DNA from: a virus
Taxonomy: Duplodnaviria > Caudoviricetes
DNA: 64,000 nucleotides
Reading direction: 5' to 3' (one strand)
IMG/VR virus record: IMGVR_UViG_3300027571_000004
Location: 28,290-92,289 of that record
Position 1 is the first letter of the stretch; every line of letters starts with the position of its first letter. Of this stretch, positions 20,501 through 29,928 are shown piece after piece. A program made the position numbers and the translations under genes. Below the pieces are notes generated by a model, which was not told the DNA's origin, made no database searches, and worked only from the letters and a program-made list of their open reading frames with translations.

Positions 20501-23500
20501 AAATCAGCAGAGTTTTGATAAAGTCTGGAGCGGTTCTGTTTGGGGCAAGCAGGCTATGCGTGAAGATGCATTCTTTGATGCATCAAGATCACAAGTTACC
20601 TCAACCTATAAAGGAACAGACCAAGAAGATGCTGCTAAAAAGTTCTTAAATAAAACAGAGGCACTTTCAAATGATACAACCACTGGAAAGTATAACTCTA
20701 AGACTGGTGAGTATGTAAAGACTGGATTGGGTACTGCTCAAAATGCACAGAGGTTCCAGGCAAAGATGGAAATGCTTGTTGGAAGTAAAGTCTTAACTCC
20801 TACACAAGCAACAAGTTACATGGACCTATTTAGTGGCAAATTAAATGAGTTCGACTTCTTACTTAATGCTAGCATTAAAACAAAGGGAACAGCAAAAACT
20901 AAAGAGTTGTTTGATTCATTTGCAGGCTTCAAGAGTACAAAAGGAAGGCAGCAAGCAACAAACATCATTACAGAAATGACAATGAGAAAGAAAGATCCAA
21001 AAGAATTTGATGCAATTATGGAAACTATCAGAAGCCTACAGGCTTTAGATGGAAATACCATTGACTTTGAGATTTTGATTACAAAGGTTGGAATGAAGGG
21101 CCTTCAGAAAATCAGGAAAGAGCAAGAAGCAATCGAAAAAATAAAAGAAGCAGCAGAAAAAGAAGGCAAAAAATCTCTTGTTTCAAAAGATGCTACTGGA
21201 AAAGAAACTGTTGATCCACGAGTAGCAGGAGTTAGCGCAGATATTTCAGAAGGAATTGCTGCGTTACAGAAAAATGAAAAAAGGTTTACCGCATTTAAAA
21301 ACGCAAGCACAGCAGCCCAAGCGGATTACTTACAGGCACTATCAGCAAATATTTTATGGGAATCAACCGCTAATGCTGCAGAGCGAGATGCAGATATTGC
21401 ATTTATGGCAGAGCAGTATGCATTAGATCAAGCAATGACTCACAACTTCTCTACAACTAGCCAGCGATACATTGATCTAGTAGCACAGAAAATTGCAGAC
21501 CTTAAGGCTTTAAGTCCAACAGAATATGCAGTTGAAAAAACTGGTATTTCATGGAACCCTGGTGTAACTTATACATCCCCACCACCAACAACAAGCAAGG
21601 GTCCTGGCACAGGTAGTGATCCTCTAGACTTCCTAGACGAACTTGCAATGAGAATTAAGAATGTTCGTGATGGCGCATTTGATGCAACTAAGCCTCTTCA
21701 ATCAATGATTGCAGCCTTTACTAGCAAGAAAGCCAAAAAAGATGTATCAGCAATGTTTGACATGTTTGATGGCTTGCAACACAGATTACTTAAATTAAAA
21801 GTTCCACAAGAAATGAGAGACGTTATCTCTGGTATGAGTTCAGAAGAGTTTACAAAGTTCTCTAACTTGGGCAAGGGAAAGAATTTATTTACTTATGATA
21901 AATACACCTCTGGGCCAAACAAGGGTAAAGAAAAGCCAAAAACAAAGAAAAATATTAAGGGACTAACCAATGAAGGTAAGGCTGTTATGGCTACCTACCG
22001 TGAAGCAAATGTAGGTGCCTCACAACTAGTAAATAAAGAAACTGTTGTAAATGTTAATGAACAAAAGAAGGCCATGAACATGCTCATGTCTGCTGGTCTA
22101 TCAGCAAAGGATGCTTTAGCAGCAGTTGAAGATCAGTTAGTGGCATCGGCTATTGCTAATGGTGCTATGGGAGAATCTGGAACTAAAGAGTTTAAAGAAT
22201 ACAAGAAGGCTATTGTAGAGGCTAATAGCGCTCTTGAAAGACAAGCCATTCTTCAAAACTTAACTCAAAAGAATGCAGATTTTAAATTTTCCGTACAAGC
22301 CCAAGATTTTGCAAAAGCCTTTGCAGATGCAGGTCTATCTATTGAACAAATTAATGAAGTGCTTGAAGACCCACAACTTACTGGTCAACTTATAGACGAT
22401 CTTAAAAATGGTAGAGTTGCTGCAGAACATATAAGAGACTACATAAACTCAATACCTAAAAGACTTGAAGTATCTTTGACGACTAAAATCAATTCAGGAG
22501 ATCTAAAGGGCGGAGCAGAGCCAGGTCTTGAAATTGTTGATCAAATGTTTTCAATCCAAGAAGCACTAATCCGTGCAGGCGCTGCCGATGCTGCATCCGC
22601 AGCCAATGTTAAAATAATTGAAGAGAATGAGAAATTAATTGAACAAGAAGAAGCAAAACTACGTGCTTTGCAAGAGACTCAAGTTGTAAGAGAAAGTCTT
22701 GCTGGAGTTTTAAAGGGTACTGCAGCAGGGGCTTTTGAAGGCACAAAAATGAATTATCAAGACCTACAGGATGCTGCTAAAGCAATGAGCGATCAAATTG
22801 AAGTAGCACAAAGAGACCTTGAAATGAATGCTGAGTACGGATCAAGAGCAATAGACGATCTAAATGAAAGTGTAAACGATTTAAACAGAGACATGGAAAT
22901 GAATAAGGACTGGGGTTCTAGAGCAGTTCAAGCATTACAAGATGAGTCAGGGGTCTTGTCACATGACTTAGATTTAATTAATAAGGCTGCAGAAGGTGTT
23001 AATGAAAAATACGATAAACAAGCAGAGGCCCTTCAAAAAGTTCAACAGATTAATCAAAATATTCTTGCTTTGCAACAAGATCAATTAGACCTTGCTGGTG
23101 CTTTAACTTCTGGAGATATTTCTTCGGCAGCAAAGGCTGCTCAAAAGATGAGAGCCACTGCTGCTGGACAATTTGCTTCAGGACAAACTGATGCACTTGA
23201 GCAAGCAAGAAAGAATTCTATAGACTCTCTAAAGAGTGGATCTGGAATGACAAGCAAGCAGATCCAAGACAGACAGTACGAGATTGCTGAAAAGATTTAT
23301 AAGATGGAAACCCACCCTGATAAACTTAAAACGCAAAAGCAAATTCAAGAAACTCAAGATAAGATTTATACTCTTGAAGAAAAGCGTAAACTCAAGATGG
23401 ACGAAATTCAGAAAATTGAAGATGCTATTTATCTTGTTAATAAAGAACTTGCAAAAGACGACGGGGCTATTGACAAGATAAACAGAAAACTAACTAGTTA

Positions 23501-24767
23501 CAACACAGCCCTCAGCGATGCACAAAAAGCAATTGATAAGCAAGTGGCAGAGATTACGGTAATGGGTACTGATAAAAAAGGTTGGGATTTAGTAAAGACT
23601 AAGTTAGAGGCCTATGATCTTGCTAAGAATTGGGAAAGTGTAAAAACTAAGTTGGCTGGACTTCTTGCGTCTACTACTGCTATGGAAAAAGACTGGGGAA
23701 ATATTCACAATTGGCTAGACCAGTTTATGAAGATGCCTGCTGATAAAAAAGTAAATATTAATGTTATAACAAAGTATACCTATGAAGGAACTCCTCCTCC
23801 TGGAGCAGACAATGTAACTCTAGACGGCTGCCCTGAAGGAATGGTAGCAGATGCAAATGGATGGTGTGTAAATGTTCACAAGGTTCTACCTTCTGGTACA
23901 CCTAATTCATCAGGAACGCCAACGCCTTCACCAAGCAAGACTGCTTCTCCAACACCAACAACTACGACTTCTCCAAAACCATCAACTACTTCAACACCAA
24001 CAAAGAGTACAACATCGACCCCAACATCATCTGGAACACCAACACCAACACCGACTGGCCCAAAGGTCGGAGACACAAAGTATGTCGGTTCGATGTTAAT
24101 GACATGGAATGGCACAATGTGGATGGATCAAGTTGCATATAATAATGCAAAGGTTGCTCCAAAAGTTGGAGAAACAAAGTATGTAGGTTCCGACCTAATG
24201 ACCTGGAATGGTTCACAGTGGGTTACTCAAGTTGCATATAATGCTAAGAAGATTGCAGATCAAAAGGCTAAAGACTTAGCAGAGAAAGTAGCAGCAGAAC
24301 AAGCAAAAAATAGAGCACTTGTTGCAGCACTTGAGGCCAAGGCAGCATTAATTCCAAAATCACGCACTAAGCCAGGAACTGGAACTTATCTTGGCGGAAT
24401 GTTTATTCCACCAGTAACACAATATTTGCAACCAGGAACTGGAGTTGTAGTTAACGGTGTATTGAGAGATCCAGTATACAAGTATTCTGGAGGTTTGATT
24501 GGTATGACCCCACGTGGATCAGACACTGTTCCAGCAATGCTTACACCAGGAGAGTTTATTATGAGCAAGTATGCTGTTGATAACTTTGGAGTAAATAACT
24601 TAAAGGCCATTAACAGCGGATCTACAAGTGTCGGTGGAGACTCAGTGTATAATTATAACCTAACAGTAAATGCAAAATCTAATGCCAGCCCAGATGATAT
24701 TGCAAGAACTGTTATGGCTCAGATCCAACAGATTGATTCACAAAGAATTCGGGGAGTAAGAATATAA
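14541..24767 (+). CDS. Tape measure protein (3408 aa)
   Basis: Longest ORF, Ala/Gly-rich and helical. TP901-like core (GRQLMVGLTVP, NAVENQT, GANALKSGL); follows the chaperones. Confidence 0.93.
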   Translation: MSDVNANIGINFDTQQALASLRQLQAGLSRFNQSLTQGNIAAENAQKGLNAQLMQSINATGKFVASQKVVAGSTSAFTTALEKNQLSMGEYFRFTAAAATANTKVFSKMFAHERDIFNRARKDRVKSLQTQYIQLTSANGELVKVLQVVPKHLQMVNGKYADYATRTQMAAQRQQMMNQLLKQGSTQLLNFGKNTQWAGRQLMVGLTVPLTMLGGFASKVFREMEQSVIAFTRVYGDMTTSGDATNKAIADIQRLAKEFTKYGIAAKDTIEMAAKAAAMGLTGNDLNAQVISATRLAVLGQVEQQQALETTISLQNAFGISSEQLAEKINFLNAVENQTVLSIEDLTIAVPKAGPVIKQLGGSVEDLAFFMTAMKEGGINASEGANALKSGLASMINPSKKAAGFLADLGINIKGLVEANAGNLKGTVIGFAKALDTLDPLNRARAIEQMFGKFQFARLSTLFQNVTKDSSQAARALGLAGASVEELAILSERELGKVEDAVGVKFQKSIEQLKLELIPIGKTFLQALTPVVEFLGKILAKFNNFSDGTKKAFAIIIGVVGGLAPVALMTFGLFMNAIANGIKLFAALRSGMAKLNGQNNVLGGGFDYLTQQEIEQLAQTNALHTSHQQLISTFNVESGAVNALAAAYANAASQARTLAASSPGLFNTVPGPVGAVAGLPPVQKFAKGGVVPGTGNKDTVPSMLTPGEVVLTTDTVKKNPELVAALLTGTVKKYGTSTQSEGGGMKPPKLGIASVTEMMSMGIDDFAAEIGKLGKGASQATAIAEVKLELTKATDRAGEDMANAIKRMLAEAAQSVEKVSADWVKNRAKDINPETGEQWRAPYANTSSTPWQPSDPARAQVEPGGRYVAAHMEAPKPKITDKAELERLAVLAGKSGLGEALALAAKHGGSATPMGSFTAMLPEEANKTTALNLSDPNDVAIHSQLAARRGLAPAQFSGDDAKVFEMPKSGIQDLFSGEDAGKSLSPVMREIARLHGKTFEQGLNDPAIMSEMTAGVDKFGGFIAEEMDQLPDKFGEEDFYAAVQRAKDRLTQADGKLKEAVDNLGLTTTYSVTTNAPKEDGSRDRRANRKDVPQKAPALRDELGLTDAGVATTTPKGKTKVIPFGSYQKKNTDNLDSGDIIDQQREKDNAPTVEATPEEIAAAEAAGAEIGKAAADGVRSTEGTDADSPSKKGIKAGKEVADGIIQGMKEGEAAVTTQASQLGDAAVPTAAETQARVDRMDLGNKAFYDDLNTPEMRDERQILKSQDRQRRKLGATATVDSVSDTPVSAQTSSVTVASSKRVAEATTKLAVKTEEAVTAQSQVVQQIKDESRSRVTIKGNTVNIQKAREDADKAENEAAITRARAAALEKEQAKQKKTGSPTTITDEQVLAAKEKANAAELEYARVRQELAEQGITAAQPGEMQEIINQDPVKTPSKVKKAEEIMSNGTVEAGDGMRRIVDGTNDTADSTLLVADQTGDLADATGEAFITQTGSNQNLLTASQLASVTAGNLGDVANATDLTGNAQQDVLESTQAIDEQNRKIEEHKRMQLKVMQEEFARREAIANAPVIPEGTQSGNPVLGPNPMDRLEAYDYAMGRDPGTYGPDDLGEQGFTRDRKGRIVMDPEKDAKGKYNPTKMSLKQVKEKKRGMRRAAVGQFSGKVSGGLGTAAMVAGMAGAPPQVTAALGTAATVAQFAPMIAGTGPIGLAVGAVVALGAAAYLVNKHFNQVAAKAAQFAKDLSATRDGLKAIGEMSGKVGSSQKMDKRRSKTQYTKYTDAVKIDNTFGKNYMASDIGKKEKKLFKENMEKFGKSKAVSDLTLKLATAVADGVIDADQANSIAAGLALQLKDTSIEMQVVGQLSMILGPDGKNLKDNPMSTRILLMGKANQRTAKLEKDISKKSGFGESSREEVAQLAALGMNNMEMATMMADQIQVEYEAAKQKLETELASTANAQKKLEIEQQLSDLNSENLKNSQFMNDQIFSQIMKNQQSFDKVWSGSVWGKQAMREDAFFDASRSQVTSTYKGTDQEDAAKKFLNKTEALSNDTTTGKYNSKTGEYVKTGLGTAQNAQRFQAKMEMLVGSKVLTPTQATSYMDLFSGKLNEFDFLLNASIKTKGTAKTKELFDSFAGFKSTKGRQQATNIITEMTMRKKDPKEFDAIMETIRSLQALDGNTIDFEILITKVGMKGLQKIRKEQEAIEKIKEAAEKEGKKSLVSKDATGKETVDPRVAGVSADISEGIAALQKNEKRFTAFKNASTAAQADYLQALSANILWESTANAAERDADIAFMAEQYALDQAMTHNFSTTSQRYIDLVAQKIADLKALSPTEYAVEKTGISWNPGVTYTSPPPTTSKGPGTGSDPLDFLDELAMRIKNVRDGAFDATKPLQSMIAAFTSKKAKKDVSAMFDMFDGLQHRLLKLKVPQEMRDVISGMSSEEFTKFSNLGKGKNLFTYDKYTSGPNKGKEKPKTKKNIKGLTNEGKAVMATYREANVGASQLVNKETVVNVNEQKKAMNMLMSAGLSAKDALAAVEDQLVASAIANGAMGESGTKEFKEYKKAIVEANSALERQAILQNLTQKNADFKFSVQAQDFAKAFADAGLSIEQINEVLEDPQLTGQLIDDLKNGRVAAEHIRDYINSIPKRLEVSLTTKINSGDLKGGAEPGLEIVDQMFSIQEALIRAGAADAASAANVKIIEENEKLIEQEEAKLRALQETQVVRESLAGVLKGTAAGAFEGTKMNYQDLQDAAKAMSDQIEVAQRDLEMNAEYGSRAIDDLNESVNDLNRDMEMNKDWGSRAVQALQDESGVLSHDLDLINKAAEGVNEKYDKQAEALQKVQQINQNILALQQDQLDLAGALTSGDISSAAKAAQKMRATAAGQFASGQTDALEQARKNSIDSLKSGSGMTSKQIQDRQYEIAEKIYKMETHPDKLKTQKQIQETQDKIYTLEEKRKLKMDEIQKIEDAIYLVNKELAKDDGAIDKINRKLTSYNTALSDAQKAIDKQVAEITVMGTDKKGWDLVKTKLEAYDLAKNWESVKTKLAGLLASTTAMEKDWGNIHNWLDQFMKMPADKKVNINVITKYTYEGTPPPGADNVTLDGCPEGMVADANGWCVNVHKVLPSGTPNSSGTPTPSPSKTASPTPTTTTSPKPSTTSTPTKSTTSTPTSSGTPTPTPTGPKVGDTKYVGSMLMTWNGTMWMDQVAYNNAKVAPKVGETKYVGSDLMTWNGSQWVTQVAYNAKKIADQKAKDLAEKVAAEQAKNRALVAALEAKAALIPKSRTKPGTGTYLGGMFIPPVTQYLQPGTGVVVNGVLRDPVYKYSGGLIGMTPRGSDTVPAMLTPGEFIMSKYAVDNFGVNNLKAINSGSTSVGGDSVYNYNLTVNAKSNASPDDIARTVMAQIQQIDSQRIRGVRI
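24060..24242 (+). repeat. Two 99-nt (33-aa period) tandem repeats in the tape measure C-terminus
   Basis: PKVGDTKYVGSMLMTWNGTMWMDQVAYN and PKVGETKYVGSDLMTWNGSQWVTQVAYN start at 24060 and 24159. Confidence 0.9.
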
Positions 24768-25450
24768 TGGCAACAGCAGCATATATTAATGGTAGAAGAA
24801 AATACCAAAGACCACAGGCAATGCTATGGTCTGACAATCCTGGCACTCTTGTAGCCTCTCCAACAACTGCTTATCCTGATAGGAAAATGTATGTTCCAAC
24901 TGGCTATGAGACAGGCTTTAATACCCCCGTAGGAACCGATACAAGCCTCATTAACGAGTTTTTAATCCTGTCAGATGATAATAGATCGGCCATAGACTTT
25001 AAGCCCTCTAGAATTGAAATACGTGAAAGAATGATCAATGGACGCATGAGGTCTTATCACACTGCAGACAAACTACAGATTAGCACTTCTTGGGATATGC
25101 TACCATCAAGATCTTTTGCTATAAAACCAGATTTTAATGACGCTGGAAAATCAGACATGACTGGACAAAGAGGTTTGGCTAATTATCCCGATATGGAATA
25201 CACTACTGATGGTGGTGCTGGCGGAGCAGAGTTGTTTGAATGGTACAACAATCACCCAGGATCTTTCTGGGTATTTTTAGCCTATGACAATTATCCAAAC
25301 TTTGGCAATGACGATGCTGCATACGGTCATCTAGATCAATATAACGAAGTGATAGAGGTTTTCTTTACTGACTTTTCCTACTCTGTTCAAAAACGTGGCG
25401 GGTATAAGCATGACTTTTGGAATGTTTCTGTATCGCTGGAAGAGGCATAA
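24767..25450 (+). CDS. Distal tail (Dit-like) / minor tail protein
   Basis: Directly after the tape measure; RERMINGRMRSY and terminal WNVSVSLEEA. Confidence 0.7.
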   Translation: MATAAYINGRRKYQRPQAMLWSDNPGTLVASPTTAYPDRKMYVPTGYETGFNTPVGTDTSLINEFLILSDDNRSAIDFKPSRIEIRERMINGRMRSYHTADKLQISTSWDMLPSRSFAIKPDFNDAGKSDMTGQRGLANYPDMEYTTDGGAGGAELFEWYNNHPGSFWVFLAYDNYPNFGNDDAAYGHLDQYNEVIEVFFTDFSYSVQKRGGYKHDFWNVSVSLEEA

Positions 25451-28400
25451 TGTTTCAAAATGAAGAACTTAAGAATCACCTAGAAACTAGTTCTGTTGTA
25501 TCTACTCAGACTGCTGTGATTGCTGAATGGAATATGAACATTCCAACAAATATTTTTACAATAGGAAACTATAGGTATAGACCCACATCAACGAAGCCAT
25601 CCGATGTAAAATATACATCTCTTCCAAATACTTTTGATGCAAACGATGATGGTAATTTTTACAAAGGCGCTACAGATGCTGATGTATTAATTGATGGAGG
25701 ATTTACTGATGCTGGAGCACCAACTACTTTAACAGTTCTTAAAGATAGAGTCAAGATGCTTTATTCTTTAGAAGATTGCTTTAGACCTTTCAGACCAAGG
25801 TCAGGAATTAATAAAGCAAGGTACATTCCTGGTTCATATATTCATAGCCCTAATGCTAACATGGCTAGAAGACCTAGATATTACCTTTCAGATAAAAACG
25901 ATAAGTTTAAATACTGGTCATCATATAGAACAGAGGGTACTTCAACGTACGGAATCTCTAGTAACAATATAGTCTCTGGCAGATACATAATTGAAGATGC
26001 GGTTCCGTTTGTTGTGTATAATGAAAAGATTCCAACAAATAGGCTAGTTATAAAGATGCAGACAAATGTTGGAGATATTGATCTTGGAACTTCCGATCCA
26101 CTTTATGGAGATAACAATAGAACAGTTCCCAATAAGTGGAAGGTTCAATCATTAAAAGATAATAATTGGGTAGACTTGTTTTCATTTAACGAGGGTACAA
26201 AAAGATCAGACGGAACAAATGTAATTAAGCATGATGGCTATGTAGAGTTATCTTATGGATTAATCGTTCCAAGCAAGTATAAAGACATGTTTATTTACGC
26301 AGAGACTCTCCTGTCTGAAACATTAAAGCCAATTAAGGCAGTACACGGATATGCTTATTTAATTAAATCAAGTGTATCAGATATTGGTGTTTTTCATATC
26401 TGGAATAAAGACAAGTGGGAATTATTTACTCCAGTTTATGGTTGGCAACTAGAAGAAGAGACGGTTGATAGACTGACTAACTTTGTAACAGATCTAACAA
26501 GCCCAATAGCCTACACCTTAGCAGCAGATGGAACTCAAAAATATAGAGAGTTTGAGTATCTTAAAGGAGTTCGTATTGTTGTTGACAACATGGTAAAGGC
26601 AAATTCTTCATTTGATCTAATTGAAATTTCTCCAAGACTTACAGTAAACTTAACAGACAAGGTTACAGATATCTCTGTAAAGAAGAGTGCATCAGATTTA
26701 GGAACTAGCGGTATGCCAGTTGGACAACTCTTGGCTTCAACAGGATCTTTGAGTCTTTTTGATTATGATGATTCTTTTAATCCAAATAATTCTTCTAGTA
26801 TAATCAATAACTATATAACTAGGAATCTTCAAATAAAGATATATGACATTATCGTTAATGTAGATGGGTATGATTATTTTGTTCCAATTAAAACAATGTA
26901 CTCAGAAGGCTTTCCTACACTGGATAATAAAACAAAAAGAGTTGAGTTAAGTCTGCGTGACTTATACTTTTATTTTGAATCAACGCTAGCACCACAAACC
27001 CTTTCTACTGGAGTATCTTTAAGTTCTGCAGTTTCAATGCTTTTGGATTCTATTGGTTTTTCAAACTATGCTTTTAAGCGAGTTGCTGGCGAAACAGAAA
27101 TCACAATCCCATATTTCCATATTCCACCAGAAACAAGTATTGCCCAAGTTCTGCAAGATTTGGCGGTATCAAGCCAGACAGCAATGTTCTTTGATGAATA
27201 CAATAACTTTATCATGATGAGTAAAAACTACATGATGCCTACAGAATTACAAAGAGCAACAGATATAACTCTCTATGGATCAGCAGATTCTGAAGATACT
27301 GGGGTAGTTAGAAACAGCCAAACAAAACCCAAACTTGCAAACATTGCAGAGATTACTACACAGGACAATCAACTATATAATAGCGGTAAGATTACTTATA
27401 GTTCAAAATACATTCAAAGATCTCTTGGTAGCATTAAGCAGGCTAGTTTAATTGATAATGAACAGTCTTGGATATATAAGCCAGTCCTATTATGGGAAGT
27501 TTCTGGCGAGAGCAATACAAAGTCTGTTAATGGTGAGGTAGGAAACCAATCCACATATGTTCTTAGTGCTATACCACTTAACTCAGATCTATCAGACACA
27601 AAGCCTTTTGTTTCAAATAATCAAATAAAAAATAACGTTATGGATTTTGGAGAAGGAGTTTATTGGATCACAAGATACAATGGATACTTCTATGCCAATG
27701 GAGAAATAATTAAGTATGATGCTGTTGAGTATAGCGTCCCAGGTGTTGGAAATGTTTGGATTAATAACGTTCAAGAGTATGAGTACTACTTTGCTAAACT
27801 TCCATTTAATGGAAAGATATATCCAACAGGCCTTGTAAGAATTTACTCTGAACCAAACTATGAAGAGGTTCAGGGGGTTTTAAGATTAAAAAATGGAGAA
27901 GTTTCTAAGCATGGTAGAGGACAGTTTGGAACAACACCTGTTTATCATGTTGCTGGATTAAACCCATATTGGGCAGATAATGCAAATGTTCGTGGTTGCA
28001 CAATGAGAAGTGAGTTTTTATTTAATCCACTAAGAACCACTACTCTCACCAATGTAAATTCAACGGGATCTACTCTTACAGTATCTTCTACCTCTTCTAT
28101 TTCAGTAGGACAACAGTTGACCATGCTTAGTGGAACTGGAAAGTTATCAACAATACAAAAAACTTTAGTTATAGCAAAGCCAACAGAGACAACTTTGCTA
28201 GTTAGTCCAGCGCCTACCACTGCTCTTCTTGACGCAACTATTTATTTTGAGACTCTAGTTCCAACAACGATTGATGCTCCAGCAGGAATTAATAACACAC
28301 TGGCTCAGCAAACAACAAGAAATGGAATTATTAAAAACTTCTTCGCTTCTAATTATATTGAAGATTCAAAAGTAAGAGCAATGCTAAGTACTCAATCGGG

Positions 28401-29928
28401 AACTCTTCAATCTTCTGCTTTAGTCATGACTGGACCAGGGTTTACAAGTACAGAAAAGCCTAGAGATTTTGTTTCTTATGTTTATAAAAAATTAACAGAT
28501 AAGTTTACTCATTTTGGAACCAGAATTAGAATAGTTGGAAAAATTGAGAATGACGCATCTCGTGGACAAACCCCAGTAGGATCTACAGCATATTTTGTAA
28601 TCCCAGGAACAACTCCAGACAAAGATATTAGTATCATTGGCGGTAGTGGTGGAATGGCAGTAATGATTAATCCAGAATCAAATAGTGGATATTATTTTGA
28701 AATTGTAGCCCTTGGTTCAAGTTCTTTGACTAGTGAAGAACAACAGAATGTAAACAACTTGCTATTCTATAAAGTAGGGCAATCAGGCACAGACGCTGTT
28801 CCAACTATTCTTTGGCAAGGACTTGCAAATGTTATTGTTGATGATGGAAAGTTTACTGGTCAATATAGAATGGTTACTGAAGAAAATCCAACAGTCTATG
28901 ATCTTGCTGTAGAGTATCAAGATATTGGAAGTTTTAGAAAGTTCTTCTTGTATGTAAACAACAACTTGGTAGCCACGGCTATTGACGAAAACCCTATTAA
29001 AGCATACAATAATATGGCATTATTTACTCGTGGATCTTCCAGGGTAATGTTTGAAAACATCTATGCTATTACTAATAACTATAGTCAAAACACTGCTTTT
29101 GCCGTTAATACCCCAATCAATTCTATTTTTGGAGACACAGAAATAAACGTAAGTGAGTCTTTGAGAAAATATGCAATGAGTGGAGCAATCCAATCTACCT
29201 ATCTTTCTGGAATAAGTTCTTCATCCCCACCCTCATATAATATATACTTTGAAGAGTTTGGCAGTATAATGAGAGAGGCAGCATCGTTTAATGTTAAATA
29301 TGATAAAGCCTACCCAGCGCTTTACGCAAAGATGTCACCAACTTTTAATTCTATAAAAGGGTATACGGTTTCAGGATTTAGAGCAGGTTCGTATGGGGCA
29401 GAGTTTATGGTATTCAACGCAACCGACACCGCTTTAAGCCTAGATGAAACAACGGGTAACTATTTAAGAATTCAAGGAATAACGTTTACACAGCAATCAA
29501 ATAATGATTTAACTGTTGACGAGTATTTTTCAAAGAACTCTGACTTTACTGATCCACAATTTGTTGGCTCAACGCTAGTGTCTTCTCCGTTTAAAATAAA
29601 GAAAGACTACGAAGACATTAAACTAAGCAGACTAACCTACGGAGTAAAAGACTTTGCTCTAACCGTCCCTTACCTTCAAACAGCAGACGATGCAAACGAT
29701 CTTATGAAGTGGATGGTTTCAAAGGTAATGAAACCAAGGAAGTCAGTCGGAATAAAGATTTTTTCTAACCCTACTATTCAATTAGGAGATATTGTTAATA
29801 TAGACTACTTTGAAAATGGAATAGACAAGGTTGATTCAAAAGATAAACGCTTTGTAGTGTATAATATAGATTATTCAAAAAGTTTGCAGGGACCAAGCAT
29901 GACCATTTACGTAAGTGAGGTAGCCTAA
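25450..29928 (+). CDS. Baseplate hub / large tail tip protein
   Basis: About 1490 aa after the Dit-like gene. LQDLAVSSQTAMFFDEYN and NPTIQLGDIV are hub/Tal-like signatures. Confidence 0.7.
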   Translation: MFQNEELKNHLETSSVVSTQTAVIAEWNMNIPTNIFTIGNYRYRPTSTKPSDVKYTSLPNTFDANDDGNFYKGATDADVLIDGGFTDAGAPTTLTVLKDRVKMLYSLEDCFRPFRPRSGINKARYIPGSYIHSPNANMARRPRYYLSDKNDKFKYWSSYRTEGTSTYGISSNNIVSGRYIIEDAVPFVVYNEKIPTNRLVIKMQTNVGDIDLGTSDPLYGDNNRTVPNKWKVQSLKDNNWVDLFSFNEGTKRSDGTNVIKHDGYVELSYGLIVPSKYKDMFIYAETLLSETLKPIKAVHGYAYLIKSSVSDIGVFHIWNKDKWELFTPVYGWQLEEETVDRLTNFVTDLTSPIAYTLAADGTQKYREFEYLKGVRIVVDNMVKANSSFDLIEISPRLTVNLTDKVTDISVKKSASDLGTSGMPVGQLLASTGSLSLFDYDDSFNPNNSSSIINNYITRNLQIKIYDIIVNVDGYDYFVPIKTMYSEGFPTLDNKTKRVELSLRDLYFYFESTLAPQTLSTGVSLSSAVSMLLDSIGFSNYAFKRVAGETEITIPYFHIPPETSIAQVLQDLAVSSQTAMFFDEYNNFIMMSKNYMMPTELQRATDITLYGSADSEDTGVVRNSQTKPKLANIAEITTQDNQLYNSGKITYSSKYIQRSLGSIKQASLIDNEQSWIYKPVLLWEVSGESNTKSVNGEVGNQSTYVLSAIPLNSDLSDTKPFVSNNQIKNNVMDFGEGVYWITRYNGYFYANGEIIKYDAVEYSVPGVGNVWINNVQEYEYYFAKLPFNGKIYPTGLVRIYSEPNYEEVQGVLRLKNGEVSKHGRGQFGTTPVYHVAGLNPYWADNANVRGCTMRSEFLFNPLRTTTLTNVNSTGSTLTVSSTSSISVGQQLTMLSGTGKLSTIQKTLVIAKPTETTLLVSPAPTTALLDATIYFETLVPTTIDAPAGINNTLAQQTTRNGIIKNFFASNYIEDSKVRAMLSTQSGTLQSSALVMTGPGFTSTEKPRDFVSYVYKKLTDKFTHFGTRIRIVGKIENDASRGQTPVGSTAYFVIPGTTPDKDISIIGGSGGMAVMINPESNSGYYFEIVALGSSSLTSEEQQNVNNLLFYKVGQSGTDAVPTILWQGLANVIVDDGKFTGQYRMVTEENPTVYDLAVEYQDIGSFRKFFLYVNNNLVATAIDENPIKAYNNMALFTRGSSRVMFENIYAITNNYSQNTAFAVNTPINSIFGDTEINVSESLRKYAMSGAIQSTYLSGISSSSPPSYNIYFEEFGSIMREAASFNVKYDKAYPALYAKMSPTFNSIKGYTVSGFRAGSYGAEFMVFNATDTALSLDETTGNYLRIQGITFTQQSNNDLTVDEYFSKNSDFTDPQFVGSTLVSSPFKIKKDYEDIKLSRLTYGVKDFALTVPYLQTADDANDLMKWMVSKVMKPRKSVGIKIFSNPTIQLGDIVNIDYFENGIDKVDSKDKRFVVYNIDYSKSLQGPSMTIYVSEVA

